Assembly (NCBI GenBank): GCA_965226885.1
Contig: CBDDEL010000012.1
Coordinates: 64,001 to 128,000, forward strand
Origin: Opitutales bacterium
GTDB taxonomy: Bacteria; Verrucomicrobiota; Verrucomicrobiia; Opitutales; UBA2987
Direction of reading: 5' to 3'
DNA length: 64,000 nt
Position numbers and translations under genes: made by a program
Notes under the pieces: generated by a model
Seen by the model: only the letters and a program-made list of their open reading frames with translations
The model's database searches: none
Told to the model about the DNA's origin: nothing
Shown: one piece after another, positions 10,213 through 19,449 of the stretch
How the letters are laid out: each line of letters begins with the position of its first letter
Numbering within the stretch: position 1 is the first letter of the stretch

Positions 10213-11523
10213 TTAGGTTGGCACCAATCGGCGGGGCGCATGGTTGAAAAGACTGGCCCAAGGATAACTCTCACTTAGGTGAAAGTGAATCGTTCGGGTG
10301 TTGCGCACGATGACCGCTCCGATCTTGATTAATTTGAGCCGCAGGGTGTGGCATTGGGCCCGCGCCCACTTCGTCCCTTTTAAGGCTAACCGGCGCATGG
10401 CTTCCATCAAGGTGTAGGCCAGCGCCGACAAGAGCAATCGCCACTGATTGGCCCACCATTGATGGGCGCTGGTGCGCTCGCTGAACAATTGCATCTGTTC
10501 CTTGATTCGGTTCTCCATTTCACCGCGGCCACAGTATACCTTGTCGTAAAGCTCCTGGGGATCGCCCGGCAGGTTCGTCACCACGAAGCGCGGGTTGGAC
10601 CCCTGTGCGGTGTGTTCGGCTTTATGGATGACCAACCGCAGCCATCGCCACGAATCGGCAGCATAGACGAAGTCCTGGAATAACCGTTGTTTTTTACCCC
10701 TTAGTTCGAACCATTCTTTGGCCTGCTTTTGCAACTGCTGGGCGTCTTGCTGCAAGCGTGCATTGCGAGCCATCCCCACGATGTAACTAACTTCGTTGCG
10801 GTCGCACCAAGAGAGTATCCGGTCTCGACAAAATCCACTGTCGGCGCGCCAAATAATCCGCGTACGGGGCCAGCTTTGGCGAATCCGTTTAACCAGCAAT
10901 TTGAGGATGGCCCCGGCATGCTTGCTGGCATCGATCTTGCTCGGCCGCAGGTAGGCCACCAGCAGCTGATCACCGCAAAAAACATATAGCGGCAGAAAAC
11001 AGTAATGATCATAATAACCGTGGAAAAAACGTCCCTCCTGGAGCCCGTGCACCGGATTGTCGGTGGCGTCAAAGTCCAGGATGATCTCTTCGGGTTCCTC
11101 GGCAAAGGAGCCCATGAACTGTTCGACCAACAGCTCGTTTACCGCAAAGGCCGCCCGCCGATCCTGCCCGTTTTCAAAACGACACAAAGTCGGCGCGCTG
11201 GCCAACGTTTCAATGCGCCCCGTTACCGTTTGCAACAATGGATCGTGGCGCAGGGTATCAAAGTCGTTCAAATCCTCATAGCCCGCCACCAGCCCGTAAA
11301 CGCGCTGCCGCAGCATCCCCAATACCTCATGGCGTACTTTGCCCTTCTGCCGGTTGTCCACTAACTGTCGGGCCGCTCGTTCGGTCAAGCCCAACTGCCG
11401 ATCCACTTCCCGGATCAAAAGCAGTCCGGCATCCGAAGTAACCTCTCCGCCCTTGAAATCAACCCGCACACGGCGGCCTTTTACCCTTGTCAACTGTAGC
11501 TTTAATTGTTTACCTTTTGTCAT
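10213..11523 (-). CDS. IS1380-family transposase
   Basis: Near-identical to the other copies. Confidence 0.92.
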   Translation of the reverse strand: MTKGKQLKLQLTRVKGRRVRVDFKGGEVTSDAGLLLIREVDRQLGLTERAARQLVDNRQKGKVRHEVLGMLRQRVYGLVAGYEDLNDFDTLRHDPLLQTVTGRIETLASAPTLCRFENGQDRRAAFAVNELLVEQFMGSFAEEPEEIILDFDATDNPVHGLQEGRFFHGYYDHYCFLPLYVFCGDQLLVAYLRPSKIDASKHAGAILKLLVKRIRQSWPRTRIIWRADSGFCRDRILSWCDRNEVSYIVGMARNARLQQDAQQLQKQAKEWFELRGKKQRLFQDFVYAADSWRWLRLVIHKAEHTAQGSNPRFVVTNLPGDPQELYDKVYCGRGEMENRIKEQMQLFSERTSAHQWWANQWRLLLSALAYTLMEAMRRLALKGTKWARAQCHTLRLKLIKIGAVIVRNTRTIHFHLSESYPWASLFNHAPRRLVPT

Positions 11524-11610
11524 CGCTGATATTGCTTTAATTATTGATCTATCCTGCTGTATATCAGCAGTTAAGCATATCAACGATACTTTTTTCACGA
11601 AATATCCGGG
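10213..11610 (-). mobile_element. IS1380 copy 3, lacking its right end
   Basis: Left IR at 11610 followed by CTAG; the element stops exactly at its own stop codon (TTAG, 10213). Confidence 0.9.
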
Positions 11611-12044
11611 CTAGGTGATTGGTAGGGGGGAGGCGATATGTGGACATTGCCGGGGAGAATCCGGGCCCTTCCTTTTATAGGCAAAGTAGGAGTAGATTTC
11701 CTATCTGGATATCCCTGAAGCCTTCCCTGCGAGGCGCCCCTCAATCCACGGGCCAGCCCGCCCCAAAAATAGGTCGGATAATATTCAACAGCCTATCAAT
11801 CGCCCTCATTGACACTCCGGTGGCGATGATTTCTGGAATGACCTCCATGATGCCCATCATACCTTCTTTTTCCAAGGTACCCTGTTTTCATCCGCAACAC
11901 CGCCACAAGCTGCTAAAACACAAGGATTGGGCCGTTTTTCATCCGCAACATTTGAGTTCGATGTGCCGATTCCTTGTGATGTGACCGCCGAAAACACTAC
12001 CATTGCCAGTGAGAGTCTTTCTGGAGAAATTACCGGAAAGACCT

Positions 12045-12311
12045 ATGAAGCAAAAAAGATACACCCCTGAACAAATCATAACGATACTGCGCGAAGTAGA
12101 CGCAGGCAAAGGCATTCAGGATGTCTGTCGGTCCCACAATATCAGTCCTCAAAGCTACCATCGTTGGCGTAAAAAGTATGGCCGCATGGAGCTGCGTGAC
12201 GCCAAGCGGCTGAAGGAGCTGGAGCGCGAGAACACACAGCTTAAGAAGATTGTAGCCGAGCAGATGCTGGAGAACCGTGTGCTCAAGGTGGTGAACGCAA
12301 AAAAATGGTAG
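12045..12311 (+). CDS. IS3-C OrfA
   Basis: MKQKRYTPEQIITILRE...KRLKELEREN, IS407-like; ends in an A7 slippery run. Confidence 0.9.
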   Translation: MKQKRYTPEQIITILREVDAGKGIQDVCRSHNISPQSYHRWRKKYGRMELRDAKRLKELERENTQLKKIVAEQMLENRVLKVVNAKKW

Positions 12312-13144
12312 GCCCGAAGCAGAAAAAGGAAGCGGTGAAGCATGTATTGGCCCAAGGGTCGTGCTCGCTGCGTCGGGCCTGTCAGTATTTTGGGTTGCAC
12401 CGCTCAACCTACCTGTATGAACCCAAGAAAGCTACTGAGTATAGGCATAAACTGGTGGCACGCATCATTGCCTTTTCGAAGAAGCATCCGCGCTATGGCT
12501 ATCGTCGGATCCGCGCTTTGTTGACCCATGAAGGTTGGCCCGTGAGTCGCAAATTCGTCCAAAAAGTGCGTCGTTTCGAAGGACTGGGTGTGCGCCCGTC
12601 TGGCAAGCGCCGTCGCCGGCAGGGCCAATCCACGGCTACCCCGACCCGAGCAGTGCAGCCCAACCATGTGTGGAGTTGGGACTTCGTGGCGGATCGCACC
12701 GACCGGGGCGGTCCGCTCAGGCTCTTGACACTGATCGATGAACATACCCGTCAATGCCTGGCCATTAAGGTTGCGCGCTCACTGAAAAGTGCCGATGTGG
12801 TAGAGGTATTGAACGATGCCATAAGAGAGAACGGCAAACCTCAGTGCATCCGCTCGGACAACGGATCGGAGTTTATAGCCCACCAAGTCAAAGAAGAACT
12901 GCAGCGACAGGAAATTGCCATCGCATACATTGATCCAGGAAGCCCTTGGCAGAATGGACATATAGAATCCTTTCATAATCGTTTGCGCGATGAATGCCTT
13001 AATCAGGAACTGTTCCTGAGCGTGACCGAAGCGCGTGTGGTGGTCGAACAATGGCGACACAAATACAACGCGAAACACCCCCACAGCCGATTAGGCTTTC
13101 TCTCCCCAAATACATTTGCCAGACTCTGGCGAACAATCAACTGA
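12305..13144 (+). CDS. IS3-C OrfB, C-terminus shortened by the IS3-A insertion
   Basis: Motifs WSWDFV, RSDNGSEF and PWQNGHIESFHNRLRDE; 279 aa versus 309 aa in the intact copy. Confidence 0.88.
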   Translation: MVGPKQKKEAVKHVLAQGSCSLRRACQYFGLHRSTYLYEPKKATEYRHKLVARIIAFSKKHPRYGYRRIRALLTHEGWPVSRKFVQKVRRFEGLGVRPSGKRRRRQGQSTATPTRAVQPNHVWSWDFVADRTDRGGPLRLLTLIDEHTRQCLAIKVARSLKSADVVEVLNDAIRENGKPQCIRSDNGSEFIAHQVKEELQRQEIAIAYIDPGSPWQNGHIESFHNRLRDECLNQELFLSVTEARVVVEQWRHKYNAKHPHSRLGFLSPNTFARLWRTIN

Positions 13145-13229
13145 AGTGGACGGGGTTGTTTGGACAATTTTGACGTGGGATTAAGGTGGAAATCGTGTTC
13201 ATATTATTTTTTAAAAATATATTTTGTCC

Positions 13230-14093
13230 TTAGCCAAAGACGGGCACGCAGGTGCCCGCAAGCTGTATTGGCGGGGAGGGTGGTTTTGCTCCGATTGCAT
13301 GGACTTCGGCCGGGGTCCGGTAGCCCAGGGCTTGGTGGGGGCGCAGGTGGTTGTAGAAGTCCAGGTAGCGGGCTATCCCTTCGCTGGCTTCCTTTGCCGT
13401 GGCGTATTCGCGCAGGTAAATGTCTTCATACTTGAGGGTTCTCCAAAAGCGTTCAACAAATATGTTGTCCAGGTAGCGGCCACGCCCGTCCATGCTGATG
13501 CGCACCCCGGCTTGCCCCAGCACCGAGGTGAACTCGCTGCCGGTAAACTGGCTGCCTTGATCGGTGTTGAAGATTTGAGGTTGGGCCCGCCTCAGAGCTT
13601 CCTCCAGGGCGAGCACACAGAAGCGGCTCTCCAGGGTGTTGGAAAGCTGCCAGCTCAACACGTAGCGGCTGAACCAGTCCAACACCACGGTCAAGAAAAG
13701 GAATCCTCGGCTCAGCCGCAGGTAAGTGATGTCGCTGCACCATACCTGGTCGGGCCGCTCGACCGCCAAACCCCGCAGCAGATAAGGGAAAATGCGGTGC
13801 TGCCGGTGCCCCTGGCTCAAGTTTCGACGCGGATAAATAGCCTCCAGGCCCATTTGGCGCATGAGCCGCTGGATGCGGCCTCGTCCCACTGCATGGCCCT
13901 CTCGACGCAGCCACTGGGTCATCCGGCGAGAACCAAAAAACGGATATTGGGTGTAGAGCTCATCCATGCGATGCATGTAGAGAACGTTCTGCTCGCACTG
14001 GGCACGGGCCCGATAGTAATAGCTGCCGCGGGCCAGCCCCAGCAACTGACATTGCCTGCCGATACTGATTTTTCCTTGAAGTGGTTGCACCAT
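13230..14093 (-). CDS. IS3-A OrfB
   Basis: Near-identical to 6173-7036. Confidence 0.9.
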   Translation of the reverse strand: MVQPLQGKISIGRQCQLLGLARGSYYYRARAQCEQNVLYMHRMDELYTQYPFFGSRRMTQWLRREGHAVGRGRIQRLMRQMGLEAIYPRRNLSQGHRQHRIFPYLLRGLAVERPDQVWCSDITYLRLSRGFLFLTVVLDWFSRYVLSWQLSNTLESRFCVLALEEALRRAQPQIFNTDQGSQFTGSEFTSVLGQAGVRISMDGRGRYLDNIFVERFWRTLKYEDIYLREYATAKEASEGIARYLDFYNHLRPHQALGYRTPAEVHAIGAKPPSPPIQLAGTCVPVFG

Positions 14094-14103
14094 CTTGCGC
14101 CTC

Positions 14104-14409
14104 TCACCAACCGAATTGTTCAGACTTTTTTTTTAGCCAATCGCATTCTACTTTCAGCTTTCCAATCTCCTGGTAAAGGTGATCTTTTTCCGTCTCGTTG
14201 TCCTTGCTGAGAGTCTGCCGCTGGCGCGAAAACAGCTCCGTTGCTCCCTGCAAAAGCTGCTTCTTCCATTGGGTCACCTGGTTGGGATGCACCTCAAAAC
14301 GACCGGCGATCTCGTTGATGGTATGAGCGCCCCTGATGGCTTCCAGGGCCACTCGGGCTTTAAACTCAGCACTGTATTGTCTTCTCTTTCGTGATTTAAT
14401 AACATTCAT
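14104..14409 (-). CDS. IS3-A OrfA
   Basis: Near-identical to 7047-7352. Confidence 0.9.
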   Translation of the reverse strand: MNVIKSRKRRQYSAEFKARVALEAIRGAHTINEIAGRFEVHPNQVTQWKKQLLQGATELFSRQRQTLSKDNETEKDHLYQEIGKLKVECDWLKKKSEQFGW

Positions 14410-14693
14410 AGGTTAGCGGATTTAGTGGTTCAAGACCACCTTATTCCACTGTCCAGTTTTCCCCGTCCATTTCACAACAAAGCAGCGGCTGGCTCCATTC
14501 GGCCTACGGCCTCATTGCGCCACCCGCTGCAAAACCTACAATACCAAACCTACGGAAATACTCTCACTTAAAGTGGTAGCAAAGATGGGGTCCGATCACT
14601 TGATTGATGACGAAATAAATGTCGTTCCCCGTGATTGAACCATGGAGAGACAAATACAACAAATACAACGCAAAACACCTCCATAGCCGACTA

Positions 14694-15825
14694 ATACCAA
14701 ATCGCAAAAGGATTGATAAAGATTAAAAAACAGCTATAAAGGCGGAATGAGAAGATATATGGGAACCGATGAAGACCGTGAACGTATCAAGAAATTGCTC
14801 AACAAAGAGGCTGTCGGCTGGCGTAAAGAGCGTTTGGTGGCATTAAAAATGGGCTTCCAGCCGCACCACAGCATTGATGAAATTGGAGCCATCGTGGGCC
14901 GAGGCAAAGCGACGATCCAGCGTTGGTTTGACAAATATCGTGCTGCAGGGCTCGGGGCGGTGCTTACACGCGCCTACAAAGGCGGGATCAAAAGCCGTTG
15001 CGACAAAGAGGTGGAGGCCTTCTTGCTCAATGGTTTGAAGGTCGCGCGCTGGAACACAGCCGTTCAGGCGGGGCAAGAGCTGGAGCGACATTTCGGGCGC
15101 TCCTTCGCCTACAAGACGGTGTGGCGATGGCTAAAAAAATGCGCCGGGGTGCTTCGAGTCCCTCGCCCCGTGCATGAGAAACGGGACTCGGCAAAAGCGG
15201 AAGCGTTCAAGCGAGACTTTTCTAAGATCCTCCAGGAGCTTTCCCTCACCCGAGGCAATCGGGTTCGGGTGTGGTTTGCCGATGAAAGCCGTTTTGGTTT
15301 GCTTCCGGTGTACCGCCGGTGCTGGACGCAAAGAGGGCTTCGGCCGCACAAAAAATATCAGACAAGATACCAGTGGAGCTACTGTTACGGAGCCCTCGAC
15401 GTGGTCAACGGCGAGATGGTATGCATCCAAACCCCTAGCACGAATCTACAGTGGACGGAGGCTTTCCTCCAACAGATCAAAAAGCAATATCCTGAGGAGG
15501 AACATGTGGTTGTATGGGACGGGGCAGGCTTCCATCCGCACGACTCGGAGCACCCCAACGTCCCCCCGGGCATACATATCGTGAATTTGCCGCCGTATAG
15601 TCCTGAACTCAACCCGATTGAAAGACTTTGGGATATGATACAGGATCAAACGGCCAACAAACTGTGGCCGAGCATTGAGCGACTCGAAGAAGTCGTCGCA
15701 ACCCATCTCAAAGACTGGTGGGAGGACACTGAAAAAGTCCTCTCTTTAGTTGGCGGAGGCTGGCAGCACATTCAAGCAAACGCTTCTGCCAAATAACTTA
15801 TTATCATACCTAATGAGATTTGGTA
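14694..15825 (+). mobile_element. IS630-family element
   Basis: IR TACCAAATC / GATTTGGTA with TA on both sides; exact ends uncertain by 1-2 bp. Confidence 0.85.
14747..15796 (+). CDS. IS630-family transposase
   Basis: Motifs WFADESRFG, WDGAGFH and PPYSPELNPIE. Confidence 0.93.
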   Translation: MRRYMGTDEDRERIKKLLNKEAVGWRKERLVALKMGFQPHHSIDEIGAIVGRGKATIQRWFDKYRAAGLGAVLTRAYKGGIKSRCDKEVEAFLLNGLKVARWNTAVQAGQELERHFGRSFAYKTVWRWLKKCAGVLRVPRPVHEKRDSAKAEAFKRDFSKILQELSLTRGNRVRVWFADESRFGLLPVYRRCWTQRGLRPHKKYQTRYQWSYCYGALDVVNGEMVCIQTPSTNLQWTEAFLQQIKKQYPEEEHVVVWDGAGFHPHDSEHPNVPPGIHIVNLPPYSPELNPIERLWDMIQDQTANKLWPSIERLEEVVATHLKDWWEDTEKVLSLVGGGWQHIQANASAK

Positions 15826-16005
15826 TAAGCTTCCTCTCGCCCAATACTTTTGACAGACTCTGGCCAACTTTCAACAAAGCAGCGGCTGGCTCCATTCGGC
15901 CCACGGCCTCATTGCGCCACCCGCTGCAAAACCTACAATATGAAATGGACGGGGAAAACTGGACAGTGGAATAAGGTGGTCTTGAACCACTAAATCCGCT
16001 AACCT

Positions 16006-16311
16006 ATGAATGTTATTAAATCACGAAAGAGAAGACAATACAGTGCTGAGTTTAAAGCCCGAGTGGCCCTGGAAGCCATCAGGGGCGCTCATACCATCAA
16101 CGAGATCGCCGGTCGTTTTGAGGTGCATCCCAACCAGGTGACCCAATGGAAGAAGCAGCTTTTGCAGGGAGCAACGGAGCTGTTTTCGCGCCAGCGGCAG
16201 ACTCTCAGCAAGGACAACGAGACGGAAAAAGATCACCTTTACCAGGAGATTGGAAAGCTGAAAGTAGAATGCGATTGGCTAAAAAAAAAGTCTGAACAAT
16301 TCGGTTGGTGA
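16006..16311 (+). CDS. IS3-A OrfA
   Basis: Same protein as 14104-14409; A9G run at 16281-16290. Confidence 0.9.
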   Translation: MNVIKSRKRRQYSAEFKARVALEAIRGAHTINEIAGRFEVHPNQVTQWKKQLLQGATELFSRQRQTLSKDNETEKDHLYQEIGKLKVECDWLKKKSEQFGW

Positions 16312-16321
16312 GAGGCGCAAG

Positions 16322-17185
16322 ATGGTGCAACCACTTCAAGGAAAAATCAGTATCGGCAGGCAATGTCAGTTGCTGGGGCTGGCCCGCGGCAGCTATTACT
16401 ATCGGGCCCGTGCCCAGTGCGAGCAGAACGTTCTCTACATGCATCGCATGGATGAGCTCTACACCCAATATCCGTTTTTTGGTTCTCGCCGGATGACCCA
16501 GTGGCTGCGTCGAGAGGGCCATGCAGTGGGACGAGGCCGCATCCAGCGGCTCATGCGCCAAATGGGCCTGGAGGCTATTTATCCGCGTCGAAACTTGAGC
16601 CAGGGGCACCGGCAGCACCGCATTTTCCCTTATCTGCTGCGGGGTTTGGCGGTCGAGCGGCCCGACCAGGTATGGTGCAGCGACATCACTTACCTGCGGC
16701 TGAGCCGAGGATTCCTTTTCTTGACCGTGGTGTTGGACTGGTTCAGCCGCTACGTGTTGAGCTGGCAGCTTTCCAACACCCTGGAGAGCCGCTTCTGTGT
16801 GCTCGCCCTGGAGGAAGCTCTGAGGCGGGCCCAACCTCAAATCTTCAACACCGATCAAGGCAGCCAGTTTACCGGCAGCGAGTTCACCTCGGTGCTGGGG
16901 CAAGCCGGGGTGCGCATCAGCATGGACGGGCGTGGCCGCTACCTGGACAACATATTTGTTGAACGCTTTTGGAGAACCCTCAAGTATGAAGACATTTACC
17001 TGCGCGAATACGCCACGGCAAAGGAAGCCAGCGAAGGGATAGCCCGCTACCTGGACTTCTACAACCACCTGCGCCCCCACCAAGCCCTGGGCTACCGGAC
17101 CCCGGCCGAAGTCCATGCAATCGGAGCAAAACCAACCTCCCCGCCAATACAGCTTGCGGGCACCTGCGTGCCCGTCTTTGGCTAA
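16322..17185 (+). CDS. IS3-A OrfB
   Basis: rve DDE motifs as in the other copies. Confidence 0.9.
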   Translation: MVQPLQGKISIGRQCQLLGLARGSYYYRARAQCEQNVLYMHRMDELYTQYPFFGSRRMTQWLRREGHAVGRGRIQRLMRQMGLEAIYPRRNLSQGHRQHRIFPYLLRGLAVERPDQVWCSDITYLRLSRGFLFLTVVLDWFSRYVLSWQLSNTLESRFCVLALEEALRRAQPQIFNTDQGSQFTGSEFTSVLGQAGVRISMDGRGRYLDNIFVERFWRTLKYEDIYLREYATAKEASEGIARYLDFYNHLRPHQALGYRTPAEVHAIGAKPTSPPIQLAGTCVPVFG

Positions 17186-17444
17186 GGACAAAATATATTT
17201 TTAAAAAATAATATGAACACGATTTCCACCTTAATCCCACGTCAAAATTGTCCAAACAACCCCGTCCACTTCAATACCAAACCTACGGAAATACTCTCAC
17301 TTAAAGTGGTAGCAATGATGGGGTCCGATCAAAATCGCAAATAAGGTTGCTATAAGGTTGCTATTGGGATGGAATATGAGTGGCATCGAGATGCTAATTG
17401 GGATCCATTCGCAAAAATACATGGTTTAGTTACAAAAGAATAAA

Positions 17445-17500
17445 ACATAACAAGACACTCAACCGGACGCTTAACAGCACCGATTAGTTTAACGTTCGGC
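17445..17500 (+). other. Integron attC-like site (56 bp)
   Basis: ACATAAC...CTCAACCGGACGC-TTAACA-GCACCGATTAG...GTTCGGC; the bottom strand folds with bulged G and T and two G-T pairs; directly follows a TAA stop at 17441-17443. Confidence 0.75.
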
Positions 17501-17522
17501 CTAATTCAGGAGTACAACAAAA

Positions 17523-18413
17523 ATGAAAATCGAAGATATTCTTTCCACCCCGGCGAAGATTCTGACCAAGGAACAGCGTGAGTTCTACTTCGAGAATGGC
17601 TACGTGCTACTCGAAGGACTTATTTCGCCTGAGTTGATTCATCGTTTACGCGAGGCGACCGATCGAATGATCGCACGTAGTCGTAACGTGACTACTTCCA
17701 ACGCTGTTTTCGATCTCGAGCCAGGGCATTCTGCGAACGAACCCCGGATTCGTCGTTTGTCGAGTCCCGTGGATCATGACCCGGCCTATTGGGAATTCGC
17801 ATCACAGTCGGTGATTGCAGATGTGGCTGCGGATTTGGTTGGACCAGACGTAAAATACCACCACTCGAAACTGAACTTCAAATGGTCCAAAGGCGGCGAA
17901 GAAGTGAAATGGCACCAGGACATTTCCTTTTGGCCACATACCAATTACAGCCCGCTCACAATTGGAACGTACCTTCTGGATGTGGGAGAGGATCAGGGCC
18001 CAATGGGGATTCTGCCGGGAAGTCATAAGGGGCCTCTATTCGACCAGTACAACAGCGATGGAAATTGGGTTGGATGTCTCGGGGAGGAGACGCTTGCTCA
18101 GCTTGATCTGGATCGTGTAAATCACATGACCGGTCCCGCGGGATCCGTGACCGTGCACAACTGCCGTGCGGTTCATGGGTCGAAGGCGAATCAAGCGGCC
18201 AAAGGCCGGCCCTTGCTCCTGAACACCTACTCCTCAGCGGACGCTTACCCCTACACATACAATCCAATCCAGAGTCCCCATTTTGGTGATATTGTCCGAG
18301 GCACGCCTGCCCAATGGGCGCACCACGATGATCGCCCGTGTCAAATTCCGCCAGACTGGTCGGGCGGCTATACATCGATCTATGCTTTGCAGCAAGAAGA
18401 AACACAGCAATAG
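17523..18413 (+). CDS. Phytanoyl-CoA dioxygenase (PhyH) family Fe(II)/2-oxoglutarate oxygenase
   Basis: Motifs FYFENGYV, WHQD (HxD), PGSHK and HNCRAVHGS (distal His). Confidence 0.9.
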   Translation: MKIEDILSTPAKILTKEQREFYFENGYVLLEGLISPELIHRLREATDRMIARSRNVTTSNAVFDLEPGHSANEPRIRRLSSPVDHDPAYWEFASQSVIADVAADLVGPDVKYHHSKLNFKWSKGGEEVKWHQDISFWPHTNYSPLTIGTYLLDVGEDQGPMGILPGSHKGPLFDQYNSDGNWVGCLGEETLAQLDLDRVNHMTGPAGSVTVHNCRAVHGSKANQAAKGRPLLLNTYSSADAYPYTYNPIQSPHFGDIVRGTPAQWAHHDDRPCQIPPDWSGGYTSIYALQQEETQQ

Positions 18414-18417
18414 AAGT

Positions 18418-18441
18418 GTTGCATGAATGTTCGCATGCAAC
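18418..18441 (+). terminator. Hairpin after the phyH-like gene
   Basis: GTTGCATG-8 nt-CATGCAAC perfect inverted repeat; weak U-tract. Confidence 0.35.
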
Positions 18442-18453
18442 TTGATAAGAAAT

Positions 18454-18525
18454 GGCGAACAAATGGATGCATTTGACTTTCATTTCGCCGCGCTTCATGA
18501 AAGCGAGTAATCTAATACGTTCAGG
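18454..18525 (+). other. Integron attC-like site (72 bp, partly degenerate)
   Basis: GGCGAAC...GGATGCATTTGACTTTCAT...ATGAAAGCGAGTAATCT...GTTCAGG imperfect palindrome. Confidence 0.62.
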
Positions 18526-18567
18526 GATCTCCGAGCTGAAACAAGGTATCGTAGGGGGTTAAGATAA

Positions 18568-18949
18568 ATGCCCAAGAAGCCGACCACACCCTTCGGATAC
18601 ATATCATTCTCGAAAGACCGCAAGGTTGACAAGAAGATCTTCCAGCTCTCAGACGATAAGGCCGTTCAAGAAAAGGAAGTGGCCGAGTCGTTCGTGACGG
18701 CTTTCAATAAGCACCCCGAACACCGAAAGATCATTGACTGGTCTGCCTTACCGGAGAACGACCAAGATTTCCTCCTCAAGTTTGGCAATGCTGAGGTCCT
18801 CCTACAAGTGACCGAGCTTGTGGAAAGGGAATTTGTGATCCCGATGACCGAGGAGGAGTACAACGCGGGACAGTCTACTGATGCCTACCTGAAGGATGGT
18901 GGGCCAATACCTTGGCGTATAGACATCGAGAAAAGGGACGAGGCGCTAG
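18568..18949 (+). pseudogene. Hypothetical cassette-like gene truncated by IS1380 at CTAG
   Basis: The ORF reads into the IS1380 IR (EALA-RIFHEG*); it starts 42 bp after the attC-like site. Confidence 0.7.
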
Positions 18950-19449
18950 CCCGGATATTTCATGAAGGGTAAAGTTTGGCTCGTTATTGCTATTGGAGAT
19001 GGAGATGGATTTCTTTGTATTTTGAGCAGATCGTCTTGATTTTTAGGTGTTTTTCAGGGTGTAGAGACACTGCCCCCTTTCCCCCATTGGTTCGGTAGTG
19101 CCGGGGGCAGCACCAATGCACCCTTTAGGTTGGCACCAATCGGCGGGCCGCATGGTTGAAAAGACTGGCCCAAGGATAACTCTCACTTAGGTGAAAGTGA
19201 ATCGTTCGGGTGTTGCGCACGATGACCGCTCCGATCTTGATTAATTTGAGCCGCAGGGTGTGGCATTGGGCCCGCGTGTAAACGCCGGGATGAAACCGGT
19301 ACGGGGGTCGGGGTAAAACCGGTACGCTTGGAATAAGGTTTAGGTTAGTAATTGCAGGTACGTCAAGGTTTAGGGTTTGGGAGTTGGTTTTGGGGATTGG
19401 CTTGGGGTCGGTGAGGAGGCCGGAGGCCGACGAGCCGGGCCCAAGGCGT

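Larger units (their letters stand above)
13142..14474 (-). mobile_element. IS3-A copy 2
   Basis: Same IRs as copy 1; TSD CAAC. Confidence 0.92.
11977..14598 (+). mobile_element. IS3-family element C interrupted by IS3-A
   Basis: IRs TGATGTGACCGCC / TGATCGGACCCC; 4-bp TSD CTTG. Confidence 0.9.
15941..17273 (+). mobile_element. IS3-A copy 3
   Basis: Same IRs as the other copies; TSD ATA. Confidence 0.92.
14640..17331 (+). mobile_element. Diverged 3' remnant of an IS3-C-like element carrying nested IS630 and IS3-A
   Basis: The pieces 14640-14693, 15826-15940 and 17274-17331 join into the IS3-C 3' end, finishing GGGGTCCGATCA. Confidence 0.8.

Noticed and set aside
13224..14210. 328-aa antisense ORF in IS3-A (also 16205-17191 and 6167-6853)
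   Set aside because: It is a shadow frame of the transposase, conserved only because the copies are near-identical, and it is broken in copy 1.
13142..17273. Composite transposon formed by inverted IS3-A copies
   Set aside because: Each copy has its own distinct TSD, so they are independent insertions, and the enclosed DNA is only IS material.
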